Of a stretch of 64,000 bases of DNA, positions 28,037-40,962 are shown piece by piece. This stretch comes from an uncultured delta proteobacterium (GTDB taxonomy: Bacteria > Myxococcota_A > UBA9160 > SMWR01): positions 480,001 through 544,000 of the forward strand of contig CAWHTE010000001.1 of NCBI GenBank assembly GCA_963832165.1. Direction: 5' to 3'. Numbering within the stretch: the stretch's first letter is position 1; each line of letters opens with the position of its first letter. The notes beneath the pieces were generated by a model. That model made no database searches and was not told the DNA's origin. It was given only the letters and a program-made list of their open reading frames with translations. The position numbers and the translations under genes are program-made.

Positions 28037-29506
28037 TCAGTAGTTGTAGGCGCTCTCGCCGTGATCGGTCACGTCGAGACCTTCGCGCTCCGCTTCGAGC
28101 TCGGGGCGCAAGCCGATCAGCGCCTTGACGATGTACGCGATCACGACCGTTGCGAGCACCGCGAGCACGATCGTGACGACGATGGCCTTGAGCTGCTCGA
28201 TCCACAGCGTCTTCCCGACGATGTCCGCGAGATTGGTCGCCAGATTCGCGTTGGCGTCGACGTTCGCGTAGATGCCCGTCAGGAACGCGCCGAGCGTGCC
28301 GCCCACCGCGTGGACGCCGAACGTGTCGAGGGCGTCGTCATAGCCCAGCCAGCTCTTGACCCTGGTGCACGCGACGTACGGGATCAGCCCGGCGAGGATG
28401 CCGATGAAGACCGCGGCAGAGGGCGTCACGAATCCGCACCCGGGCGTGATCACGACGAGTCCGCCGACCGCGCCCGAGCAGAAGCCCAGGATGCTCGGCT
28501 TCCCCTTCTCGAGGTACTCGGCCATCGCCCACGAGAACGAAGCCACCGCGGTCGCCAACGTGGTCGTGGTGAACGCGTTGGCCGCGATTCCATCGGCGGC
28601 GACGGCGCTGCCGGCGTTGAACCCGTACCAGCCGACCCACAGCATTCCGGTCCCGACCATGCACAGAACCATGCTGTGCGGCTTGAACGGCTCCTTTCCG
28701 AAGCCGGTGCGCTTGCCGAGAATCATGCACAACACGAGCGCGGACCATCCCGACGACATGTGCACCACGGTGCCGCCGGCGAAGTCGATCGCCTTGATCG
28801 CCGCGTCCGCGTTCCACACGCCGTTCATGAGTCCGGTGACTCCCCAGACCATGTGGGCGAGCGGGAAGTAGACGACGACCATCCACAGCGTCACGAACAG
28901 GAGGATCGCCGAGTACTTCATCCGCTCTGCGATCGCACCGACGATCAGCGCCGGGGTGATGATCGCGAACATGAGCTGGTACATCGCGAAGACGTTTTGC
29001 GAGACCCAGTACGAGTACGCCGTGTTTGGCAGGGAGTCCACGCCCGCTAGAAATGCGTATTGCATGGTGCCGACGATCGGACCTCCGGTCGCGAACACCA
29101 TGCTGTAGCCGAACGCCCACCAGAGAATCGTCACGAGGCCCGCGATGCCGAGGCACTGTGCGAGCACCGAGAGCGTATTCTTCGTGCGCACGAGCCCGCC
29201 GTAGAAGAGCGCGAGGCCCGGCAGCGTCATGAACAGCACGAGTGCCGACGCGGTCATCATCCAGGCGTTGTGACCCGGCCCGGCGCCCGAGACCTTCGAC
29301 GAGACCGCCGCGTCGGCCGCGTCCGCCGCACGACCCGTGTTGTTGACGTACGCCTCGAGGTCGGCGATCCGCTCCTCGATACTCGGATCGGCTTTTTCAC
29401 CGCCTTGAGCCGTCGCAATCGCCGGCGCGAGCGCCAGCAAGCAGAAGGCGCTCGCGACTAGCGTCGCCGCGAGACTCGATCGCATGTTTCTGATCACCCT
29501 TAGCAT
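28037..29506 (-). CDS. amtB: Ammonium transporter (Amt family), copy 1
   Basis: DFAGGTVVHMSSG, WYGFNAGS, DDALDTFGVH; AAGGAGAG RBS. Confidence 0.95.
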   Translation of the reverse strand: MLRVIRNMRSSLAATLVASAFCLLALAPAIATAQGGEKADPSIEERIADLEAYVNNTGRAADAADAAVSSKVSGAGPGHNAWMMTASALVLFMTLPGLALFYGGLVRTKNTLSVLAQCLGIAGLVTILWWAFGYSMVFATGGPIVGTMQYAFLAGVDSLPNTAYSYWVSQNVFAMYQLMFAIITPALIVGAIAERMKYSAILLFVTLWMVVVYFPLAHMVWGVTGLMNGVWNADAAIKAIDFAGGTVVHMSSGWSALVLCMILGKRTGFGKEPFKPHSMVLCMVGTGMLWVGWYGFNAGSAVAADGIAANAFTTTTLATAVASFSWAMAEYLEKGKPSILGFCSGAVGGLVVITPGCGFVTPSAAVFIGILAGLIPYVACTRVKSWLGYDDALDTFGVHAVGGTLGAFLTGIYANVDANANLATNLADIVGKTLWIEQLKAIVVTIVLAVLATVVIAYIVKALIGLRPELEAEREGLDVTDHGESAYNY

Positions 29507-29554
29507 GTGGTCTCTCCTTCTTACTGGCTCGTGCTCGGGACGGGATTGCAGAAA

Positions 29555-29586
29555 GCCGGCCGTCACTGCACGCGGTGACGGCCGGC
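29555..29586 (-). terminator. Hairpin between the two amt genes, homologous to 27987-28019
   Basis: GCCGGCCGTCACCGCGTGCAGTGACGGCCGGC then TTTCT on minus strand. Confidence 0.6.
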
Positions 29587-29603
29587 CGACCAGAACCGGA
29601 CGA

Positions 29604-31052
<1,449 letters not shown>

Positions 31053-31169
31053 GGGATTCTCCTGTCTTTTCAGGCGCCGCAGGCTCGTCAGGCGGGCGAT
31101 CCGATCGCGAGCGTCCGTGCGCCACCGGCGCGATGGGGCGCGCCGGAATCCTCTTTGCGCAGCCGAGTT

Positions 31170-31185
31170 AGCAACCCGCGTGCCA
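31170..31185 (-). promoter_or_regulatory. sigma54 promoter for amt tandem
   Basis: TGGCAC-GCGGG-TTGCT, perfect consensus. Confidence 0.85.
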
Positions 31186-31511
31186 AGCAAAGCGGGTCGC
31201 GCCGGCGCAGAGGCCCACTTGTGACGAACTCTGCCCAGGTTCGCTCCACGCACTGCTGAAATCGCAGGCAGTGCCGCTCCGGGAGGCAACCGACTCCGGT
31301 CCCGGGCGCAGTCCCTCGGGCTCTCCGGGACGGGGGATTCGCCGCCTTCGAGCGCGCGTCGACGCTCCGCGACTTCTGTTAGGCCAGACCTGCGCGTTTC
31401 GATGTGTTCTTCCCCTTGGGCGCGCGCATGCGCCGTGGCACCTCGGAGGCGTCGAGCCGGGAAGGGGTCCAGCGGCGCGGGTCTTTCGCGGCCCGCGCGG
31501 AGGTGGATGGG

Positions 31512-34500
31512 GTGGACCGACCTGGCGCGTCTCTGGCGGCGCTGCTCTGCGCCGCAGGAATCTCGATCGGCGTTTGGTTTCTGGCGCCACGTGCCGCGCT
31601 CTCGATGCCGGCTCCCGCAGCGCCGAGCGCGCCCGAGAGCGTCGTCTCGGAATCCACCGGCGCCGCGACATTCCGGATTCCGATCGCGGTGCCGCCCGGT
31701 CCGGGCGGACTCGCGCCCGACCTCGCGCTCTCGTACTCGAGCCGCGCCGGCGACGGTCCGTTCGGCGTGGGCTGGCGCCTCGATCTGCCCGAGATCCGCT
31801 GTTCCGCGCGCTTTGGTGCGCCCGATTTCGCGCACTGCGCGCGCTACGAGCTCGGCGACACGCTGCTGGTGCGCGACGCACAGAGCGGGCAGTACCACAC
31901 GATCGTCGAGTCGTTCCAGCGCATTCTGTTCACGGGCGGCCCGAGCGGCTTCTGGACCGTCGAGCAGCCGAACGGCGCGAAGCTCACGTTCGGTCGGTCC
32001 GCGAGCCACCGGATCGCGCGCGCGAGTCACCCGGCGCGCTGGTTGCTCGAACGGATCGAAGACGCGTTCGGCAACGCGATTCACTTCGACTACACGCGCG
32101 ACGCGGGACAGGAGGCCTATCTCGCATCGGTGCGCTATGGCGCGCCGCCGTCCGCGCGAAGGATCGATCTCCTCTACGAGGCGCGCCCCGACGCGCGACT
32201 CTCGTTCGCGGGCGGCGTCGAGCGCCACCTCGCGCGCCGGCTGCGCGAAGTTCGCGTGATCTCAGGCGGCGGGATCTACCGGCGTCATGCGTTTGGATAC
32301 GACGCGCAGGGCACCACCGCGCGCTCGCGTCTCGCCCGGGTGCAGGAGTTTGGCGCCGACTGCACCGGCGCCGATCCCGTCGCCGACTGCGCGGGCCGGG
32401 GCCTGCCCGCGCAGACCTTCCGCTACCGAGACGCCAGCGACGTCGGAACCGGGCAGTATTCGCAATCGACCCACGACCCCGCCTACCGCGTTCCGTTCGG
32501 CGACTACACGAGCTCCGCCTACCCGCTGTGGCGCAACGGCTTCCCGATCCTGATCGGCGACCTCGACGGCGACGGCCTGCTCGATCGACTCGAGATCCTC
32601 GCGCCTTCGATCAACGAGGCGGGGAGCGCTCGCATTCTCATCAACACTGGCACCGGGTTCCATGGTGTGGCGGACGGTGGGCGCTGGGGCGACCTCGCGC
32701 GGCGCTACAGGGACTCGTTCCAGAGCCTCTCCTACGTGCGGCCGCGCTGGGAGTACCGGCAGATCCCCGCTCCGATGTCGGGCCCGATCTACGACGGCGC
32801 GGGATGGAACGCGTCGATGTACGCGATGTGCTCGGTGAGCGCGACCCAGCGCACCGTGGGTCTGGCGCAGGATCTGCTCGCGCGTGGCGCGGGAGCCGCG
32901 ACCAGCTCGCTGTCACGGCTGCTCGCGAGCGGAGATGCTCCTTCCGACGGCTACTTCGAGCCGCTGCCGAGCGTGAAGATGGCCGACCTCGACTCCGACG
33001 GTCTCGCCGATCTGGTCGTCTCGATGCGCCTCGGCGGCTTGTCGCGCCACTTCGATTGCAACGCACCCTCGACGCCGCGGTCGCAGCCCGAGCACTTTGC
33101 AGCGCAGACGGTGACGGCGGCGTTCCGCAACACGGGCAGCGGCTGGGTGAGGGACGATGCGCTCGCGGCAGGATTGCCGCCGTTCGAGGAGGTGATCGCC
33201 AAGAGCACCTATCAGACGGAGATCGACGAGCGATCGCCGTACGTCTATGGCGCGGGCAGCTTCTCCGCGCTGAGTCCGTGCGCGAATCGCGGTCTGCGCG
33301 GCTTCGAGCAGTACTACGCGAGCGATCCGGATCCGAACGAGTACAAGACGGCAATCTGCTACGGCACGATCGACCTCGCGCCCCAGTTCGTCGACTTCGA
33401 CGGCGACGGATCTCTCGATCTCGCCGTGCTCGAGCGCGACGATCCCACTTCGTTCTGGACCGGAATCGACTACTGGACCGAGCAGCCGTACAACACGGCT
33501 CGTACCCACGTCTGGCTGCAGCGGCCCGGCGCCGCGCAGCGCTGGCAGCGCGCACCCGAGTACGATCTGCCCGCGGCGGCCCGACCCGCAACGCGTCAAC
33601 TTCCGGGCCTCGCGCACGCCGGCCTCCAGCACTTCCTGCACGGGGCGGCGACCTACGCCTGCGTGAGCTGGGACGGCAGCTTTCCGAGCTGTGCGCCCAA
33701 CACGTATCGCTTCGACAACGGCGTGCGACTCGCCGACCTGAATCGAGACGGACTCGTCGACGTGGTCTGGTCGTTCGAAGGGCAGGGGGTTCTCCTCAAC
33801 ACGGGCGGCGGCACGCCCGGCGTTCCGTCGAGCGCGTGGTGTGCCTCGGAGCCCGACGACGTCTCGCTCGTCGGAAGCGCGTGCGCCGAGGCGGCGGCAT
33901 ACCGGCCTCCGGGTCCGCTGGCCGCCTACTGGGGGTCGATCGTGCCGATCTCGATCGGGCTGATCGCGGACCTGAACGGCGATCGCTTCCCCGACTACGT
34001 GCAGCAGGATCCGGTTCTGCGCTCGGACAAGGCGTTCCTCTCCTGGATCCAACAGACGGGTGGAACGGGAGCGTGGCGGCGCGATCCGCGCTTCGACTTC
34101 CATCTGCAATGCGGTGGCTGCCTGGTGCCGCATCCGAAGACCGGCCAGCTGCTTCCGCTGGGCGCGGTTCATCCGCGCTTCGAGGCGTTCGACATCGACG
34201 GCGATGGCAGCGACGACGTGGTCGGCGACACCCACGCGTTCGTGTCGCGGTCGCAGCACAGCGACCTGTTGCGCGCGGTGGACAATGGCCGCGGCGGCTC
34301 GCTGGCGATCGACTACGCGCCGATGAGCCGCCAGCGCGACGCGGTGCTCGAGGCCGCCGCCGATGCCGCGGCGTGGGCCGGGGAAGCGGGTTCCGTGCCA
34401 CTCTGGCGCGCGACGCCGGTCGTGGCCCGCGTTCGCGCGAGCGGACCCAATCTCGCGCTGCCCGGAGACGTGACCGAGTACCGCTATGCGCACCCGCGGT

Positions 34501-37500
34501 TCAGCGCCGCGCTGCGCGCCGACCTCGGCTTCGGCCTCGTGCGCCGCACGCGTGCGGACGGCAGCGCGATCGAATCGTTCCTCTACCAGGATCCGGGGCG
34601 CACCGGCCGCACCGCGCTGCGGCTCGTGAAGGACGGGGCGAGCATCCTGCACCGTTACACCGCCACGTGGGAGCACGTCCGCGATCCGATTCCGGGCAAG
34701 ATCTCGGGGGTTCACCTCGCCCGCCTGGTCGAGGAGTCGAGCGCCAACGAGTACGCGGGTGCGCCGGGCGCGCCGCTGCGCCGCGAGTTCATCTACGACG
34801 ACTCGTACGGCTACAACTTCGTGACGCAGGTCCGCGCCGAGCGCCCGTCGTCCGTGACCACGCGCGTCTTTCTTCCCGAGGCCGCGGACACCACGCGCTG
34901 GATCCTCGGTCTCGTGCGCGAGCAGCGGGACGAAGATCAGCGATCGCTCTGGTCGAGCCGCACCGAGCTCACCTACACCGCAGAAGGTCGCGTCGAGAGC
35001 GAGCTCCGGCATCGCGACCGCGGCGACGGCAGCGCGCCCGCGGCCGACCTGACGCGCTACGCGTACGACGCCTTCGGCAATCCGGTCCAGCGCATCGACG
35101 CGAACGGCCACGCGACCGCCTTCGGCTATGACGAGACCGGGAGCGTCATGACGAGCCGAACCGATCCCGCACTGCGTGAAGGAGAGACCGGGAAGGTCAC
35201 GCGCTGGACGGTGCACCCGGCGTTCGCCGTGCCGATCGCGGTCGATCCCGGCTACCGCGACGAGCCGCGCGCCGAGCACGTGCTCGACCCGTTCGGGCGC
35301 GCGGTGGAGACGTGGCTCGTCCCGCGCCATCGCTGGGGCGATGGCGAGCGCGTGCTCGCATCGGCGGTGCACTTCGAGGATCGAGCCGCTCCGCCCTACG
35401 TCGAGCGCTTCCAGTACGCGAACGCCGAGCTCGACGCGATTCGCACTGCGGTCGTGGACGATGGCTTCGGCGGCGTCTGGAAGACGATCCGCGACGCAGG
35501 GCCGAGCCCGAACGGCGTTGCGCGCTTCGCCGGCTCGGCGACCTGGCGCGATCCCGCGCAACGCCTCGCGCGCACGACCCTCGACGTGCCTTGCGCGGGC
35601 GACTCTCTGTGCCGCAGCTTGACCGGTGCCGTGGAGGCACCCGCGACCGTGACGGTGTCCGACGCGCTCGGCCGACCGCAGATCGTCGCGACGCCGCGCG
35701 GCACCTCGCTGTCGCACTACACCTCGTCGCAGGAGCCGATCGTCGAGGGCGAGGCGCGCGTCGTGCACCCGGTCGACGTCGCGTGGCTGCAGAATGCAAA
35801 AGGCGATCTCACGCGGCACTCGCTCGACGGCGATCGCGTGCTCGCGGTCGAGGAGTGCACGAACTCCGATCGGAATCGCACCGATCTCGTGGATGTGTCG
35901 TGCACGCGCACGGGTGGGCCGAACCGCACGCTCTACGCCTATCACGCGAGCGGACGGATCGCGGCCGTGCACGATCCGATCGGCGTCGAGGCGCAATGGA
36001 CCAGCCCGCGCCACCAGCTCCGCTACCACTACGACAGTGCAGGCCAGGTGACCGCAATCGACGATCCCGACGCCGGCCACAGCGAGACGTTCTACGACGG
36101 GGTCGGCAACGTCGTGAAGACGATCAACGCGCGCGGGCAGCAGCGCGCGACCCGCTACGACGCACTCGATCGCCGCACGCAGATCGCGACGCCCGAGGGA
36201 GTCGTCTCGTTCGCATATCGCGCACCGGAGCGCCAGCTCTGGGCCGAGAGCGGGCCCGGCTACTCGAAGTCGTTCGACTACGACGGCTTCGGGCGTGTGG
36301 TAAGCGAGGGCCGCTTCGGGCTCGGCGTCGGCCAGGGAGTGAACTCGCGCTACGACCGGCTCGGACGCCGCACCGCGCTCACCGTGATGGGGAGCACCGT
36401 GCAGTACGAGTACGCGGGGGCGTTCCTGCAGCGCGTGTGCGCCGTCTCCGCGAGCGAGCCGTCGTCGGCGTGCTCCGATCCCCGCGTCACGCAGATCGTC
36501 TCGGGCCTGAGCTACGACGCTCTCGGCCGCCGCAGCACCGTGCTCCTGCCCGGCGGAACCCGCACGTTCGCGTACGCCGACGCCTCTACACGCGACCTGC
36601 GCGAGGACAGGTTCGTGGGCGCTTCGACGCTCGCATTCGGATACCTCGCGCGAGATCCACTCGGAAACGTGGTCGACTGGTCGATCGAGGGTGCGGCCCG
36701 GCACGAACGCGAGCGGCAGCTACGCCTTCGATGCGCGCAACCGGATCGCGTCGCGCACGCGACGCGCGTCCGGGCTCGTCGACGTCTCGGAGACCTTCTC
36801 CTACGACACACTCGGAAATCTGGTCTCGCTCGGCGGCGAGCCGCAGCGCTTCGAGCATCCGGACAAGCCGCATGCGCTCACGAGCCGCAGTGCGAAGACC
36901 TACGCCTACGACGCGTCCGGCAACCTGGCGCGCGCGGGCGGACGGCACTTCCGGTTCGACTCGGCGGACCGCCTCGTGTGCATCGGCAGCGCGGCGGGAC
37001 AGTGCAACGTCCTGCACGTGGTCTACGACGCAGACGGCGAGCGCGTCGCGGAGCAGGCCGGCTCGACGAAGCGCGGCTTCCTCGGACCCGAACAGATCCG
37101 CACGATCGCTCCGGGCGGCGTCGACGAGTCGCGGCTCGAGATCACGGCGTTCGGCGAGCGCATCGCCTACACCGTGATCGACGCGCGGAGCAACGCGGCG
37201 GCGCTTTTCGTGTTCGACTTCGAGGTGCCGCCGTGGATGATCGCGCTGGTGCCCGGTGCAGCGCTGCTCGGGTGCCTCGCGCTCGCGCTGCGCGGAGGGC
37301 TACTCGCGGGCGTGGCGCGGCGACCCGTGTCGGCGGGCGTCACGGGCCTGTTGATCGCGGCCGTGGCGATTCCCTCGCCCGTGTTCGCGGGGGGCGGCGG
37401 CGCGTCGTGGCAGCCCACCTACCGCTGGGTGCTCTCGGATGCGCTCGGCAGCGGCCTCGCGGTGCTCGACGAGACCGGGCTCCTGCTCCACCAGACGCGC

Positions 37501-38484
37501 TTCGAGCCGTTTGGCGGAGTCGACGAGGGCGAGTATCACGCGGCGTCGGATCTCGCCCCGCGGCGTTATTTCGCGGGCCACCCGGAACAGGCAGAGACCG
37601 GTCTCCACTACATGAACGCGCGCTGGCTCGACCCCGAGACCGGGACGTTCCTGAGCGTGGACCCGGTGGTTCGAGACGCCGCGAATCCGCAGAGTCTGAA
37701 CGGCTATGCGTATGCCGAGAACAATCCGATCGCGTTCAACGATCCGACGGGCGCGTGCCTCCCCGTCTCTCCCTGCGACGGCAAGTGGTACGGGCTGCTT
37801 CCGTACGGCGCGCCCGTTCCGTCCTACGCGCAGGTTGCGAATCCGGGCTACCTCGCGGAGTTCGGCGTGAAGCCCGGCATGTACGCGGGAGACATCGGAG
37901 CGGTCGTGGCCGGCCAGGAGTCGTCGCCAGTGCTCGGCGATCTCACGAGCGGCGCGCCGGTCGCCGGCGTCTCTCCGGTCGGTCCGGCGAGTCCCGGCGG
38001 CGAGGTGTTCGCTGCGATCGGAGGCGCCGCGAGCGCCGCGGGGAGTGCGATCGCGCGCGTGGCCGAGATCATGGCCTGGGACTTCGCTCTCGCGATGGTC
38101 GGTATCGTCGGCATGGTGTTCGGCATGGCCGCCGGACTGATCATGGGACTCCAGGGGTTGGCTCTGCTCGATGTGAAGATGGTCGGCATCGGACTCTCGA
38201 GCTCGCTGTGGGCGCTGGTGCCGCGTTATGGGTTCTGGTCCGGGCCTTATTGGGGTCAGCCCAACCTCGAGGCGTTCGGGTCCTGGTTCGGGCCCTACGG
38301 CGAGCAGAACGTGATCGAGTCGGCGACGCATCAGCACGACCTCGATTTCCGGAATCCCGGCGCGGACCGCAGGCTGATCCACGACGTGTGGAGCCGCGGC
38401 GATCTCGGACCCTTCGGTCAGGTCTATCGCGTCGGGCTCACCGCGCTCTTCGGCACGCGGATTGCGCTCGGAGGGGACGATTGA
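31512..38484 (+). CDS. SpvB/FG-GAP/TcdB-mid/Rhs polymorphic toxin with PLA2-like C-terminus; +1 frameshift near 36690-36697 (sequencing error or pseudogene)
   Basis: GGAGG + GTG 31512, signal peptide; TGAATFRIPIAVPPGPGGLAPDLALSYSS (SpvB); six DxDGDG repeats; DNGRGG; YD repeats; second frame gives SDALGS, ETGLHYMNARWLDP, NPIAFNDPTG. Confidence 0.88.
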
Positions 38485-38486
38485 CG

Positions 38487-38945
38487 ATGAGCAGACCGCT
38501 CGTGTCGGGTCTCGTCGCCGCGCTGCTCGCGCTCGGCTGCACGATGTACGGCGAGAGCGTTCGCGTGTTGCGCGCCGATCCCGCGCCTCCGTTCACACGC
38601 CCAGAGCAGGACGCGGCGAAGGCGATCGTGGTGGAGATCTGCCGCGCGGCCGGATTTGCCGAGACCGCGCTGGCGGCATCGGACGATTCGTCTCAGTACC
38701 GCTGGTTCGTGTCGCTGGGCGCTCCGGCCGGCGCGGACTTCGAGCAGGACTCGGTCGGCATCTCGGCTGGGATCCGCAGAGATCGGCGCGAGATCCGGAT
38801 CGCGCTGGGAGATCCGGTCCGCGGCGATCCGCTCCCTGCGACTCGCAAGCTCGTCGATGAGCTCCGCGCTTCGCTCGAGCGCGCGTTCCCCGGCGCTCGG
38901 GTCGAATTGTCGAGACACGACGAGCTGCGGCTGTTCGGTCCCTGA
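38487..38945 (+). CDS. Lipoprotein, candidate immunity protein for the Rhs toxin
   Basis: ATG 2 nt after toxin stop, GGAGGGG RBS, lipobox LALGC. Confidence 0.7.
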   Translation: MSRPLVSGLVAALLALGCTMYGESVRVLRADPAPPFTRPEQDAAKAIVVEICRAAGFAETALAASDDSSQYRWFVSLGAPAGADFEQDSVGISAGIRRDRREIRIALGDPVRGDPLPATRKLVDELRASLERAFPGARVELSRHDELRLFGP

Positions 38946-38969
38946 GGCGGTTCCCGCTACCATTTCACC

Positions 38970-40364
38970 GTGAGCGCCACGCGCAAGGAGCGCGACTCGT
39001 TCGGCACGGTAGAGGTGCCGGCAGACGCCTACTACGGTGCGCAGACAGAGCGCGCGAGAGAGAACTTCCCGATCAGCGGATACCGGATGCCCCGGCGCTT
39101 CATCGAGGCGCTCGGGCTGATCAAGGCGGCCGCAGCCGCTGTCCACCGAGAGACCGGCGCCCTCGCGCGCGAGAAGGCCGACGCGATCGAGCAGGCCGCG
39201 CGCGAGGTGGCGCGAGGCGAACGCGACGCGGATTTCGTGGTCGACGTATTCCAGACCGGCTCGGGCACGTCGACGAACATGAACGCGAACGAGGTGATCG
39301 CGAACCGCGCGGCCGAGCTGCTGGGCAAGCCGCGAGGAGCAGGGCACGTCCACCCCAACGACGACGTGAACCGCGCTCAGTCCTCGAACGACGTGATCCC
39401 GAGCGCGCTTCACATCGCGGCGCGGCTCGCGATCGAGCGCGATCTCCTGCCCGCGCTCGACGCGCTCGCGAGCGCACTCGAGCGCAAGGCGCGCGCATTC
39501 GCAGGGGTGATCAAGCTCGGCCGCACCCATCTCCAGGATGCGACACCGATGACGGTCGGCCAGGAGTTCGGCGGCTGGGCCGCGCAGGTGCGCGCGGGCA
39601 TCGCGCGCGCGCAGCGCGCGGGCGATGGGCTGCGCGAGCTCGCGCTCGGCGGCACGGCGGTGGGCACGGGGCTCAACGCGCCGGCGGGATTCGCCGCGCG
39701 CGCAATCGAGAAGATCTCCGCGGAGACCGGCCTCGCCTTCGTCGAAGCGCGCGATCACTTCGAGGCACAGGGCGCGCGCGACGCTGCGCTCGACGCGAGC
39801 GGCGCGCTCAAGACGGTGGCGGCGTCGCTGGCGAAGATCGCCGAGGACGTCCGTCTGCTCGCGAGCGGACCGCGCGCGGGGTTCGGCGAGCTGCGCCTGC
39901 CCTCGCTGCAGCCCGGCTCGTCGATCATGCCCGGGAAGGTCAACCCCGTGCTCTGTGAATCGGTGACGCAGGTGGCCGCGCAGGTGATCGGCAACGACGC
40001 CGCGATCACGGTCGGCGCGATCCGCGGTCAGCTCGAGCTCAACGTCTTCATTCCGGTGATCGCGCACGGTCTGCTCGAATCGGTGCGGCTGCTCTCCGCA
40101 GTGTCCCTGCTGTTCGCGCAGCGCTGCATCGACGGAATCGAGCTCGACGAGGCGCGCATCGGCGCCGCCGTCGAACAGAGCCTCGCGATGGCCACCGCGC
40201 TCGTGCCGCGGATCGGCTACGACCGCGCCGCCGCGATCGCGAAGGAGGCCTGGCAGAGCGGCCGGACCGTACGCGAGGTGGCCGAAGAGCAGGGCGTGCT
40301 GCCGCGCGCGGAGCTCGACGCGGCGCTCGATCCGCGGCGCCAGGCGCACCCCGACGAGAAGTAG
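38970..40364 (+). CDS. fumC: Class II fumarate hydratase
   Basis: FQTGSGTSTNMNANE, GRTHLQDATP, GSSIMPGKVNP. Confidence 0.95.
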   Translation: MSATRKERDSFGTVEVPADAYYGAQTERARENFPISGYRMPRRFIEALGLIKAAAAAVHRETGALAREKADAIEQAAREVARGERDADFVVDVFQTGSGTSTNMNANEVIANRAAELLGKPRGAGHVHPNDDVNRAQSSNDVIPSALHIAARLAIERDLLPALDALASALERKARAFAGVIKLGRTHLQDATPMTVGQEFGGWAAQVRAGIARAQRAGDGLRELALGGTAVGTGLNAPAGFAARAIEKISAETGLAFVEARDHFEAQGARDAALDASGALKTVAASLAKIAEDVRLLASGPRAGFGELRLPSLQPGSSIMPGKVNPVLCESVTQVAAQVIGNDAAITVGAIRGQLELNVFIPVIAHGLLESVRLLSAVSLLFAQRCIDGIELDEARIGAAVEQSLAMATALVPRIGYDRAAAIAKEAWQSGRTVREVAEEQGVLPRAELDAALDPRRQAHPDEK

Positions 40365-40955
40365 CTAGGCCGCCGAGCGGGCCGCACGCAGCACTGCTTC
40401 GATCCGCCGGTCGGGGATCACCCACAAGAGCGCGACCGCGACGTAGATCCCGTCCGAGATCCAGGTCGCATGGAACGCGAACGCGATCGCTGCGGCGTAT
40501 CCCGCGATCGAGAGCTTGCCCTTGAAGTCGCGCCCCACCGCGGTCGCGAGCTCCGAATCGCGGCCGTGGTGCCGGATGATCTCGCGCTGCAGCACGGTGT
40601 AGGAGATCGCGGCGAGCAGCAGCACGACCCCGTACATCGCGGTGGGCCACGGAGCGCTGTGGCTCTCGCCGAGCCAGCCGGTCACGAACGGAATCAGCGA
40701 CAGCCAGAACAGGAGATGCAGATTCGCCCACAGGATCGCGCCGTTCACGCTATGCGTGGCGTGCATCATGTGGTGGTGGTTGTTCCAGTAGATCGCGAGA
40801 TAGGTGAACGAGAGCACGTAGGTCAGCAGCTCGGGCAGCACCGGGCGCAGCGCGGCGAGATCGCTGCCCTCCGGAGTCTTGAGCTCGAGGACCATGATCG
40901 TGATGATGATCGCGATCACGCCGTCGCTGAAGGCTTCGAGTCGGCTGGTCTTCAT
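40365..40955 (-). CDS. TMEM175 family K+ channel (DUF1211)
   Basis: RLEAFSDGVIAIIITIMVLE, YWNNHHH, ILWANLHLLFWLSLIPF. Confidence 0.92.
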   Translation of the reverse strand: MKTSRLEAFSDGVIAIIITIMVLELKTPEGSDLAALRPVLPELLTYVLSFTYLAIYWNNHHHMMHATHSVNGAILWANLHLLFWLSLIPFVTGWLGESHSAPWPTAMYGVVLLLAAISYTVLQREIIRHHGRDSELATAVGRDFKGKLSIAGYAAAIAFAFHATWISDGIYVAVALLWVIPDRRIEAVLRAARSAA

Positions 40956-40962
40956 GGATGCT

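Noticed and set aside
31404..38945. Single 2513-aa ORF as a real protein
   Set aside because: After ~36695 it is Arg-rich off-frame sequence; the Rhs core is in the +1 frame and the tail is a separate lipoprotein with its own RBS.
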